Positions 9,295 to 18,032 of a DNA stretch of 64,000 bases are shown here, piece by piece. The stretch's first letter is position 1, and the number at the start of each line of letters is the position of its first letter. Source of the DNA: Candidatus Scalindua sp. GTDB taxonomy: Bacteria; Planctomycetota; Brocadiia; Brocadiales; Scalinduaceae. The notes under the pieces were generated by a model, which saw nothing but the letters and a program-made list of their open reading frames with translations, ran no database searches and was not told where the DNA came from. Made by a program: the position numbers and the translations under genes. The stretch lies in the NCBI GenBank assembly GCA_018670825.1, contig JABHIW010000149.1, positions 3,894 to 67,893 on the forward strand, in the 5' to 3' direction.

Positions 9295-9452
9295 ATCATC
9301 TTATTCTACCTACATAAAAAGTTATACCATACCTTTGCTATGGATAATCTGTCTTTAATAAAGTGTTTTTTGCATGGACGTAAATTACATGAACTTTCTT
9401 ACCAAACATAACCGTTTTCAAATCATAATATCTTTTTAAGGAGGCATCTGAA

Positions 9453-10073
9453 ATGGCAAATAGAGAAGAAAGTGGACAGGGAATCCCACAATCATCCGAT
9501 CAGGTCAAGCAGGAAATGGATTTAGTTCAAAAAAGTATGCAGAATGCAAGGGAACAGTTCAGTGCGATACAGCTATCCGCACAACTACAGATCCAGGAAG
9601 AGGTTAAAAAGGCCGCAGCCCAGATAAAGAAATCACAGCAATTTATTTCCGAAAATGTGAAAATTTTGCAGCAAAATTCCAGTTCTATACAAGGAAAAGA
9701 CTTGCCTGCATATGACAACATGAAAGCGGCAACAGAAAAATCATCTTCTGGAATCTTGAATGAACTGCAAAGCACAGCGGCATCCATAAGAGCCGCCATG
9801 GAAGCAGCAAATGCTGCGACCAAGGACATAGAAAATAATGAAGAGGCTATAATGAAAGCAATGATGGAAGCAGAGTCCGTTTTGGCAGATCAGGTACCTA
9901 AGGCAGCAGCTCCTGCACCGCCTCAAGTAGCCGGGTTGCCTCCCATACCTGTGCAACAACCTGCAGTACAACCAGATGAAACTCCGCAAACGGAAGGTAA
10001 GTCGGCTTGGATGATTGGCATGGAAGAAGCGGATAAGGCTCAAATGGAGATTGATAATCTGTTGAGAGATTGA
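9453..10073 (+). CDS. hypothetical Q/A/S-rich helical protein with a proline-rich C-terminal segment
   Basis: 206-aa ORF with a strong SD (taaggagg, 8 nt upstream). Low-complexity sequence, PAPAPPQVAGLPPIPVQQPAVQP. No signal peptide seen. Confidence 0.6.
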   Translation: MANREESGQGIPQSSDQVKQEMDLVQKSMQNAREQFSAIQLSAQLQIQEEVKKAAAQIKKSQQFISENVKILQQNSSSIQGKDLPAYDNMKAATEKSSSGILNELQSTAASIRAAMEAANAATKDIENNEEAIMKAMMEAESVLADQVPKAAAPAPPQVAGLPPIPVQQPAVQPDETPQTEGKSAWMIGMEEADKAQMEIDNLLRD

Positions 10074-10189
10074 ATAATGACATCATAAATTGATAATTGA
10101 AGGAGAATAAATGTCTTTACAATAAACGGTTGTACCTGAGAGGCCGAATCTTTCAAAATGGCAAAATAATTCAGTCCTGTTGACTTTAT

Positions 10190-10340
10190 ACTCCGGGTTT
10201 TCATGACAGATTAGATAATTAAGATAAAATTTTGCAAAATATTCTGACAAAAAACAGACCACTTGCATCCCAGGATTTCTAGTCGTAAATTTGGTGTGAG
10301 TTTGTTGGAGAAAAAAGAAGCAGGAAATAGGAGCAATTGC
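10190..10340. repeat. ~150-bp direct repeat, copy 2
   Basis: See 9033-9179. A third partial copy (gggagaaaaaatagaagtagggaatagaa) lies at 10571-10605. Confidence 0.75.
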
Positions 10341-10979
10341 GGTACGTGATCTCTTCAATTGAATACGCTTGGCATGTGAAACTTGAGGCAATAGGAGGGG
10401 TAACTTATTACAGGCCAACAAACTGTCTGAGAATATACATTTTGTGGAATCTAACCCCACATGTTATTATCTTTGCCGAAGAATTAAATTATGTGAGAAG
10501 TGACTTGGCATGGATAAAATATATTCCTATCACATGCAGTCAAGGAAAGACTTGACCCCCTGCCAGAGTTTGCTGGGAGAAAAAATAGAAGTAGGGAATA
10601 GAAAAAATGAAAACAGTTGTTGTTCCTGGCTTCTTTTAACGATCGTTATGAACTACAAAAACGTTATAGACGTAATAAGGATTCTTGGAAGTAGAATACA
10701 CAACCATTCCATTTTCTTCGTTTGCTAAGCATACTCCACTTTTTCTACTAAAGTAGATCGGTTTATGGGGTAATTCCCAAATAATACTTGAGTTTTCTTA
10801 ACTATTTGACTACTCTTACTAAATCTTTAGAAAGCAATTTTCTATCATCAACAAAGGGGAAGCGAAAGAGTTTGAAAGCCAAAATCGGTCAACTGCCGGG
10901 ACGGGCTGTTTATTTTAAATCGGGGCTGGCGATTTTAACGGTCGCTGTTGTATGTATTCCGGATGGATAGGGATCAGAA

Positions 10980-12077
10980 ATGACAAGCGATAAAACTAAA
11001 AACATAGTTGCATATGATTTCTTTTGCGGTTGCGGAGGAACAAGCAGGGGGTTTCAGAACGCCGGTATAGATATTGCTTTTGCGCTGGATATAGATCCGG
11101 ATGCTAAGAACACCTTTACCCAAAACTTTCCCGAGACCATTTTTTGCAACAAAAGCATCACAAAGCTCACACCTTCTGACTTGCAACCAACGCTAGATAA
11201 ATATAAAGATAGTTACAAACTATTCTGCGGTTGTGCTCCTTGCCAGCCGTTTACCAAGCAAAATACGGAAAGCCCTAAGCGGGAGACACGTAAAAACTTA
11301 CTTTCTAAATTTGGACGAGTTATAGAGAGGCACCGACCCGATTTTGTTTTTGTTGAAAATGTTCCAGGGTTACAAAAGGTTCCCACATATAAGCGAGGGC
11401 CACTCCCCGAGTTTGAAGCATTACTGGGGAGACTTGATTACCATATTACGTATGGAATTGTTGCTGCCCAAGGTTATGGCGCTCCACAGCTACGCCGTCG
11501 TTTTGTTTTATTGGCAAGCAGACATGGTGAAATAAATATTCCCTTGCCCACTCATGGCAAAGATCATGGCGCCCCATACAAAACTGTTCGTGATGCGATT
11601 GTTGACCTTCCGGCCATTGCTGCTGGAGAGATATACAAAGAGCCTAAAGTACTAAACCACCGCGCCGCTAAATTATCAGAGTTGAATAGGAGAAGGATTA
11701 AATCATCTGATCATGACGGAGGAGGGCGCAACAACTGGCCCAAATATCTCGTACCCGGGTGTTACACACGGACTAATGAACATGGTGAAACTCATTCAGG
11801 GCATACTGACTGTTACGGCCGTCTATGGTGGGATAAGCCGGCAACGGGACTAACAACTCGCTGCATCAGTTATTCCAACGGAAGATTCGGACATCCGGAA
11901 CAAGATAGGGCCATAAGCGTTAGGGAAGCTGCGCGTCTCCAGGGTTTTGATGACGATTTTGAATTCACAGGGAATCTAAACTCCATGGCAAAGCAAATCG
12001 GCAACGCCGTTCCGGTCGATTTGGCACACGCAATGGGAAGTCACTTCATAAAACATATCGAGGCAATCAATGGCTAA
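10980..12077 (+). CDS. dcm: DNA (cytosine-5)-methyltransferase
   Basis: C5-MTase motifs in order: DFFCGCGG (I), CAPCQPFT (IV), FVFVENVPGL (VI), QLRRRFVLL (VIII), GNAVPV (X). Confidence 0.9.
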   Translation: MTSDKTKNIVAYDFFCGCGGTSRGFQNAGIDIAFALDIDPDAKNTFTQNFPETIFCNKSITKLTPSDLQPTLDKYKDSYKLFCGCAPCQPFTKQNTESPKRETRKNLLSKFGRVIERHRPDFVFVENVPGLQKVPTYKRGPLPEFEALLGRLDYHITYGIVAAQGYGAPQLRRRFVLLASRHGEINIPLPTHGKDHGAPYKTVRDAIVDLPAIAAGEIYKEPKVLNHRAAKLSELNRRRIKSSDHDGGGRNNWPKYLVPGCYTRTNEHGETHSGHTDCYGRLWWDKPATGLTTRCISYSNGRFGHPEQDRAISVREAARLQGFDDDFEFTGNLNSMAKQIGNAVPVDLAHAMGSHFIKHIEAING

Positions 12078-13308
12078 TTTCAAAGTACATGCCAGAGTTC
12101 TGGATCTCTTGGGGTCTGAGCAAATTGCCGATATGCCGACCGCAGTAAGCGAACTTTTCAAGAATGCATACGATGCCTATGCCGATAACGTGTCACTTGA
12201 GTTGTTTAGGCACAATCAGCATGCGATCCTTTGGGATGACGGCGTTGGGATGTCGCTTGATGACGTAGAGAATCGTTGGTTGGTCGTCGGAACACCAAGC
12301 AAGAAGTTGTCGCCGCCGACTGTGCGAGAGGGATATGAGAGTCGGCCGGTAATGGGTGAAAAGGGAATCGGCAGGTTAGCGGTTTCTACACTCGGCGACA
12401 CACTCCTTTTAATATCGAAGAAGAATTGTAGGCAGCCGGATTGCTTCACCGCTTTGTTTTTTAGCTGGAAGATCGTCCGTAACCACAAACTGATGCTTGG
12501 CGAATTTGAGGTTCCGGTGTTGCCATTTAGCTCACTTGATGATTTCACTGCTGACATATTCGGAATGCTGGTAGATGAATTTAGGCGCCAACTTGACGTT
12601 ACTTTTGAACGCGGGAAATGGGAAGGCTATGAGGATCTTCTGGCTCAGATCAGAAGCGAGGTGGATTCTTTCGATCCAGACCTGACCCTATTCCACCGCA
12701 CCGGAGCCTTCACTGGGGAGAGTGGCACAGCCTTCTATCTCGGAAACATGACTGATGAGGTGCAATGCCTGACAAAACTGAAAGATAGATTCGACACCAC
12801 TGATAAGAATGTCTACGACCAGACTGTTCTTTTACTCAGCAACTTTAGTATATCGCGAATAGTTTCTTCGGACGTTGCCCCTACATTAAAGTCAATAGAC
12901 GCTTTCTTCACGGATGTGCGTATTTGGGACGAAAAGTTGGTTGCTCCTAGTAGCATTTTCGAGGACAAGGTCCTTTTTCAACCAGATGATTTTGAAAAAT
13001 ATGACCATTACTTTGATATTCATTTTGACAAAGATGGTCGCTATTCAGGTGAGGCTTTTCGATATGGTGAGCACCTGGGCCTTCCAAAACCGGAACAACA
13101 ACCAGTCATTCGTGGATTGAAATGCGGGCCATTTGATTTTCGCTTTTGGTACTGGCAAGGTGAACCCAAGAACACTTTGCTTGATAATGATTCGAGGTTT
13201 CGAATCAATGAAAAGCTGATGTATTCGGGTGGAATAATGATCTATCGAGATGGGCTACGAGTACTACCCTATGGGATACCTGAAAACGACTGGTTAAATA
13301 TTGAGTAA
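12070..13308 (+). CDS. GHKL (MORC/MutL/Hsp90-type, HATPase_c_3-like) ATPase module
   Basis: Bergerat-fold motifs ELFKNAYDA (N box), DDGVGM (G1), GEKGIGRLA (G2). The ATG overlaps the dcm stop by 8 nt (ATGGCTAA). Ends at TAA 13306-13308, but the frame continues into the next ORF. Confidence 0.75.
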   Translation: MANFKVHARVLDLLGSEQIADMPTAVSELFKNAYDAYADNVSLELFRHNQHAILWDDGVGMSLDDVENRWLVVGTPSKKLSPPTVREGYESRPVMGEKGIGRLAVSTLGDTLLLISKKNCRQPDCFTALFFSWKIVRNHKLMLGEFEVPVLPFSSLDDFTADIFGMLVDEFRRQLDVTFERGKWEGYEDLLAQIRSEVDSFDPDLTLFHRTGAFTGESGTAFYLGNMTDEVQCLTKLKDRFDTTDKNVYDQTVLLLSNFSISRIVSSDVAPTLKSIDAFFTDVRIWDEKLVAPSSIFEDKVLFQPDDFEKYDHYFDIHFDKDGRYSGEAFRYGEHLGLPKPEQQPVIRGLKCGPFDFRFWYWQGEPKNTLLDNDSRFRINEKLMYSGGIMIYRDGLRVLPYGIPENDWLNIE

Positions 13309-13353
13309 AGGCGCAGTAAAGGCGCAGGCTTCTACCACTTCAGCTATCGCCGG

Positions 13354-15036
13354 ATGTTTGGCTATATTTCCATCGATGTAAAAAATAATCCTACCTTGAA
13401 AGACAAGGCTGGGCGAGAAGGGATGATTAAGAACGGAGCATACCGCGACCTCCGATCAACGTTAGAGACATTTCTTAAGCAGATCTCAACTCAATATTTC
13501 TATAAAAACCAAGAATTCCGGGCACAACAGGGTCAGATCCAAGTAGCAAGCAAAACATTGAAAGACCACAAGAAGGCTCTCACTGCGAGAAGAAATGATC
13601 TTCTTGAAGAACTCAATAAGTCGTTTTCCAATATCGAACCGCAACGATCCCGACTTATCACACTTAGAGATGAAGTTGTGCAAAATCTTAGTAACTCCGA
13701 CCTTTCGATCGAAGAATTAGAAGAAATAGTAAGTTCGTTTGAAAAGCGGGTGCAGCAACTACTGGGTGAATCAAAGGTTACAATTTCCAAAAACTTATCT
13801 CTCGGTCGAGGGCGTGAACTCAATCAGGTCGCTTTTGACTACCAGGGGGCCTACATGGCCTTGCGGGAGGACGCAGAATCAGCTCGCGAAGCGATCATGA
13901 CAAAAGTGGAAAAGGATTGCCCCTCCATTGAGAAACGCTTGGCGAGAAGAAAGCTATTAGAGAATATGTTGGCATCAGGGAAAATGCGTGTAGGTAAGGA
14001 ATTTTCGAAATTGAACAGTCTTATTGAGAAGCAAACTTCTTCCATTGCTTCCCAAATTGAGAAAATCAAGACTCATGCTTTGGCTCATGTTGAGTCATCA
14101 TTGCTCCAGGCCACAAAAACAACCTCCATTGAAGATGCGATTGGCTCTGAGGTAAATATTGAAGATGCCATTAAACTCACAATTGAGGCTGCGGATTCAG
14201 GAGAGAGTCAATGCTTGGAATTGCAGGAACGGCTTTCACATGTTTTTGGAAGTGCCCTCTCTGAAGATAATGCTCTGGTCATGTCTGTTCAGGATGACCG
14301 CATCGAGGAACTTGAGAAAAAGATTCAAGAGACCATTGAGTTGGCTCAGATTGGTCTATCGGTTGAGATGATCCAGCATGATCTCCACAATATGTATCGA
14401 GGGATTTCTGGTTCGATCCGCACCCTGAGACACATGTTCACCAAAATTCCGGAAGCAATGACTCACGTGAATTCCCTACAGACTTTATTTCAGCATCTTG
14501 AACTCCGATACCGGCAACTGGAACCCCTCTATCGTGCGAGCTATCGATCCAAGAAGCAGATCTCTGGGAAAAGCATCTTGCATTTCGTGAGACAATTCCT
14601 TGCTCATGATCTGGAGGTCGCAGGTGTGTCTTTAGAGGCTTCAGAGAAATTTCTCGAATTTCGTGTTCTGGAGGCTCCTTCGCTGATTCATCCTTCATTT
14701 GTTAATCTCGTCGATAATGCAATCTACTGGCTTCGTTCTGTTAATAGACGGGTAATACGATTCGACATTGTCAACGACGTAATTGTTGTGAATGATAGCG
14801 GCACAGGAATACATAAAACGATGCTGGAGAGAATTTTTGAAGCCTTTACTACAACTAAGCAAAATGGACGAGGGTTGGGGCTATACATTGCGCGACAGAG
14901 TTTGTCGTTAGCAAATCACGAGATCTGGGCCACTAATGATTCTGCCTATAAAGTGGAACCGGGAGCCTGTTTCTGCCTGAAGTTTAGTGAGAAAGCACGC
15001 AACCATAGAAATGAGGATGACGATGATACAAAGTAG
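13354..15036 (+). CDS. coiled-coil plus histidine-kinase-like module (DHp H-box and HATPase_c), same frame as 12070-13308
   Basis: H-box-like SVEMIQHDLHNMY. CA-domain boxes LVDNAIYW (N), NDSGTGI (G1), FTTTK (F), GRGLGLYIA (G2). The frame is open from 13309, so the ATG at 13354 is only a nominal start. Confidence 0.7.
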   Translation: MFGYISIDVKNNPTLKDKAGREGMIKNGAYRDLRSTLETFLKQISTQYFYKNQEFRAQQGQIQVASKTLKDHKKALTARRNDLLEELNKSFSNIEPQRSRLITLRDEVVQNLSNSDLSIEELEEIVSSFEKRVQQLLGESKVTISKNLSLGRGRELNQVAFDYQGAYMALREDAESAREAIMTKVEKDCPSIEKRLARRKLLENMLASGKMRVGKEFSKLNSLIEKQTSSIASQIEKIKTHALAHVESSLLQATKTTSIEDAIGSEVNIEDAIKLTIEAADSGESQCLELQERLSHVFGSALSEDNALVMSVQDDRIEELEKKIQETIELAQIGLSVEMIQHDLHNMYRGISGSIRTLRHMFTKIPEAMTHVNSLQTLFQHLELRYRQLEPLYRASYRSKKQISGKSILHFVRQFLAHDLEVAGVSLEASEKFLEFRVLEAPSLIHPSFVNLVDNAIYWLRSVNRRVIRFDIVNDVIVVNDSGTGIHKTMLERIFEAFTTTKQNGRGLGLYIARQSLSLANHEIWATNDSAYKVEPGACFCLKFSEKARNHRNEDDDDTK

Positions 15037-16684
15037 CTATAGTATGATTGCCGACAAAACGATCAGGAACTTCATTAAGGCCGTTGTACTCATTGATGAC
15101 CATTGGGCGGAGGCTCAGAATGCACCAGTTTTTGAGGATGTCGACCCCGCCCAACTCAATCTTGATTCGCAGTCGATACCGCCACAAGATGATGTTGATT
15201 CGGTCATTACACCCGGAGACGAAGAGAATTCCACCGTCTCGATGAGTTCGGCTGATCCAACCTACTTGCGAGAAATTGGAAAAGAAATCACAAAACAAGG
15301 ATTTCTTTTTACTGGTCTTGCTTATACAGATGCCCTCAAGGAAATCGCAATCAAGCTTGCATCAAAATCGGATATTTTGATCCTTGATTGGCTATTGGGA
15401 ACAGAAAGTCCTGAGCCAGCACTAGAACTGTTGACAAAGCTGAAGGATTCAGGCTCCCCACGTTTCGTCTTTATCCTCACAGATCAAACTGAATTGGATC
15501 GTGTCCGTGCGCAAATCAGCGAGAGGCTTTGCGAAGAAGCGGAGGGAGCAGCTCTCGTTTTCAGTTGCGGACCTTTTTCTTTTTCGTTGAAGAACAAGCC
15601 TCAGGCTGGCGGAAGCAATACTGTTCAGGCAGAAGCAATACTCGAAGAGGCAATTTTTGGCATTCGCGCACGGTTTGGAGGACTTCTCCAATTGGCTGCG
15701 CTTGAATTGTTGGGACAATATCGTGACTGTCTGCATGAAGTCCTTGATCACTTTCATGCGGATATGGATTTTCCCTTTATTCTGGAGTGGCTTGAGAAAG
15801 AAAGTCCAATCCGAGATAGTCACTCTTTCAATGCTCTCGCAATTGATGAGTGGACAGCAAGGGTCACTCGTCGCTTTCCAGCATCGGTAGCACAAACAAT
15901 AAAAGATGAGACAGTGTCTGCACTTCTTATAGAGTGGAATGAAACAATGACTTGCCCTGAAAATTTAGAGGAAAAGATGAAGGAGCTGTTCGCCGTTAAA
16001 GGCAAAGCATTTCCCAGCGATGAACAAAAAGTCACTGAATTAATGGAGAGTCTCGGAGAATGGTTGGCTTTATCGAATTCTTGTTGGCCAGGCAATTTGG
16101 AAGGTTCAAGTAATAGTACTCCATGGGGTAAATATGCGATACGTCTTTTGGCCATGAACTATTTAAGCATAAGGAAAGGCGTATCATCACCTATTGGAAC
16201 ATTGACAGTTTTGGATGCTCTTTTTCAATGCCATGCAAATTTGCCATCAAAGCTTCAGCAAGGAACGGTGCTAATGACCCCCGACGGTAACTATCTGATA
16301 TGTATAACACCTGCTTGTGACTGCAGTCGTCCTGCTCGAATAAGATATTGTTATGTTTTTCTTGAATCTAAAAAAATAGATATCTCAACGTTAAAGGATC
16401 ACCTAGAGGGTGCAGTTGTGGCGATCCGGACAAAAGAAGAGGACAGCATATTGCTGGCTGTAACCCCTAAACCAACATTTACCTATAAAATAGCCAATCC
16501 ATCACTTGAAAGCGACTTGCAAGTTTCTGTTACTTATGGCTCGGAGGATACCTTTGTTATCAAACCCATCGCACAGCTTCGACCTGCTCGCGTTCAGTCT
16601 CTGATTTCTTTGGCTGCGGGAAAAGCAATAGAGGTTGGTTTAGACAGATCAGAACTTCTTCGACAGCTCTGCAAACCAAACTGA
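15023..16684 (+). CDS. receiver (REC)-like domain protein with an uncharacterised C-terminal domain
   Basis: REC signature residues in order: VVLIDD, DILILDWLL, FVFILTDQ, LKNKP. The remaining ~350 aa show no motif I recognise. ATG 15023 has GAGGA 5 nt upstream and overlaps the upstream stop. The track ORF starts at GTG 14987. Confidence 0.65.
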   Translation: MIQSSYSMIADKTIRNFIKAVVLIDDHWAEAQNAPVFEDVDPAQLNLDSQSIPPQDDVDSVITPGDEENSTVSMSSADPTYLREIGKEITKQGFLFTGLAYTDALKEIAIKLASKSDILILDWLLGTESPEPALELLTKLKDSGSPRFVFILTDQTELDRVRAQISERLCEEAEGAALVFSCGPFSFSLKNKPQAGGSNTVQAEAILEEAIFGIRARFGGLLQLAALELLGQYRDCLHEVLDHFHADMDFPFILEWLEKESPIRDSHSFNALAIDEWTARVTRRFPASVAQTIKDETVSALLIEWNETMTCPENLEEKMKELFAVKGKAFPSDEQKVTELMESLGEWLALSNSCWPGNLEGSSNSTPWGKYAIRLLAMNYLSIRKGVSSPIGTLTVLDALFQCHANLPSKLQQGTVLMTPDGNYLICITPACDCSRPARIRYCYVFLESKKIDISTLKDHLEGAVVAIRTKEEDSILLAVTPKPTFTYKIANPSLESDLQVSVTYGSEDTFVIKPIAQLRPARVQSLISLAAGKAIEVGLDRSELLRQLCKPN

Positions 16685-16719
16685 ATCGGGGGGGCTACGC
16701 CTTAAAGCAAAGTGAAACA

Positions 16720-17478
16720 ATGCCTAGAAACTGGACAGCTCACGAACTTCTGATTGCGATGAATCTCTACTGCCGGCTCCCGTTTGGGCAGTTTGATCAG
16801 TCGAATAGGCATATTCGCGAAGTTGCCGAGAAGATGGATCGTACTCCCAGTTCTCTGTCGATGAAACTCTGTAATCTGGCATCACTCGATTCCTATCACC
16901 AAGACCGTGGTGTCGTCGGCCTAAAAGGTGCCAGCAATCTTGATCGAAAAGTTTGGGCCGACTTTCAGCAGGACTGGTCAGTAATGGCGGAGAAGAGTGA
17001 AGCTGCATTCGAAGTCTTGATGGGTGGAATAGGTTCGAAAGAACCTGCTTCAGAAGTTGAACAACCGAGCGGGCCCTCGGAGGCTGAGCGGATGGTAAAA
17101 ACTCGGCGTTTGCAAACATTTTTCCGAAATGCCATTTTGGCAAGTTACGAAAGTCGTTGCGCGCTTACGGGGATGGCAATTCCCCAACTATTAGTCGCTA
17201 GCCATATTATCCCGTGGAGCAAAAACGAGGAGCGTCGCGCCGACCCTACCAACGGCCTATGCCTGAATGTTCTCCACGACAAAGCATTTGATCGTCACTT
17301 GATTACGTTTGACGAAAATTACAGGTTGGTGGTTTCCAGTATCTTAAAGAAAGGCGACATTTCCGAATTCCAATCGTCAAACTTTGCCAAACTCGAAGGC
17401 ACGGCGATAGCACTCCCTCACCGTTTCGCACCGGATTCCAAAGCATTAGAAGAACACCGCAATGCCTTTGTTGCTTAA
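16720..17478 (+). CDS. HNH endonuclease (HNH_2 / COG3183-like)
   Basis: N-terminus MPRNWTAHELLIAMNLYCRLPFGQ... and C-terminal ASHIIPWS...DPTNGLCLNVLHDKAFDRHLITFD, the HNH_2 pattern. Confidence 0.85.
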   Translation: MPRNWTAHELLIAMNLYCRLPFGQFDQSNRHIREVAEKMDRTPSSLSMKLCNLASLDSYHQDRGVVGLKGASNLDRKVWADFQQDWSVMAEKSEAAFEVLMGGIGSKEPASEVEQPSGPSEAERMVKTRRLQTFFRNAILASYESRCALTGMAIPQLLVASHIIPWSKNEERRADPTNGLCLNVLHDKAFDRHLITFDENYRLVVSSILKKGDISEFQSSNFAKLEGTAIALPHRFAPDSKALEEHRNAFVA

Positions 17479-17570
17479 CAAGCCTTGCACTTTGCAAATA
17501 GAGCGGAAGTTCAAGGAAACAGACAAATAATATTTCTACGGCATTGGGAGAAACGAAAGCAATAATAATC

Positions 17571-18032
17571 ATGACTGACTTTATGACTTCCAAGCAACGC
17601 AGCCAAGCAATGTCCAAAGTCCGCGGATATAACACAAAACCGGAAAAGCGTATCCGTTCTCATTTGCATAGTCGGGGCTTCCGATTCAGAATTAATAGTC
17701 CAAATCTTCCGGGGAAGCCGGATATTGTGCTAAAAAAACATAATGCCATAATATTTGTTCACGGTTGTTTCTGGCATAATCATAAAGGATGTAAAAAGTC
17801 TAAACTACCCGGCACACGAAATGAATTCTGGAAAAATAAAATTGAGGGGACTGTTATGCGGGATCAAAGAAATATATCTGATCTCACTAAACAAGGATGG
17901 CGAATAGCGGTAGTCTGGGAATGTGGAACCAAAAAACAGGATGATTTGGGAAATATCATAAAAAAACTATCGAAATGGATAATTGAAGGGAAATCAAAGC
18001 GAATTGAACTGTCTGTTCAGAAGGCATTCTAA
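17571..18032 (+). CDS. vsr: very short patch repair endonuclease
   Basis: MTSKQRSQAMSKVRGYNTKPEKRIRSHLHSRGFRFRIN...LPGKPDIVLKKHNAIIFVHGCFWH...W is the canonical Vsr pattern. Start is ATG 17571 or 17583. Confidence 0.9.
   Translation: MTDFMTSKQRSQAMSKVRGYNTKPEKRIRSHLHSRGFRFRINSPNLPGKPDIVLKKHNAIIFVHGCFWHNHKGCKKSKLPGTRNEFWKNKIEGTVMRDQRNISDLTKQGWRIAVVWECGTKKQDDLGNIIKKLSKWIIEGKSKRIELSVQKAF

Noticed and set aside
10083-10970. ORFs in the 900-bp gap before dcm (10083-10460 minus strand; 10337-10555, 10510-10728 and 10788-10970 plus strand)
   Set aside because: They overlap the 150-bp repeat copies. They have no SD or motifs, and their composition follows the AT-rich non-coding sequence. The gap is better described as repeat-bearing intergenic DNA.
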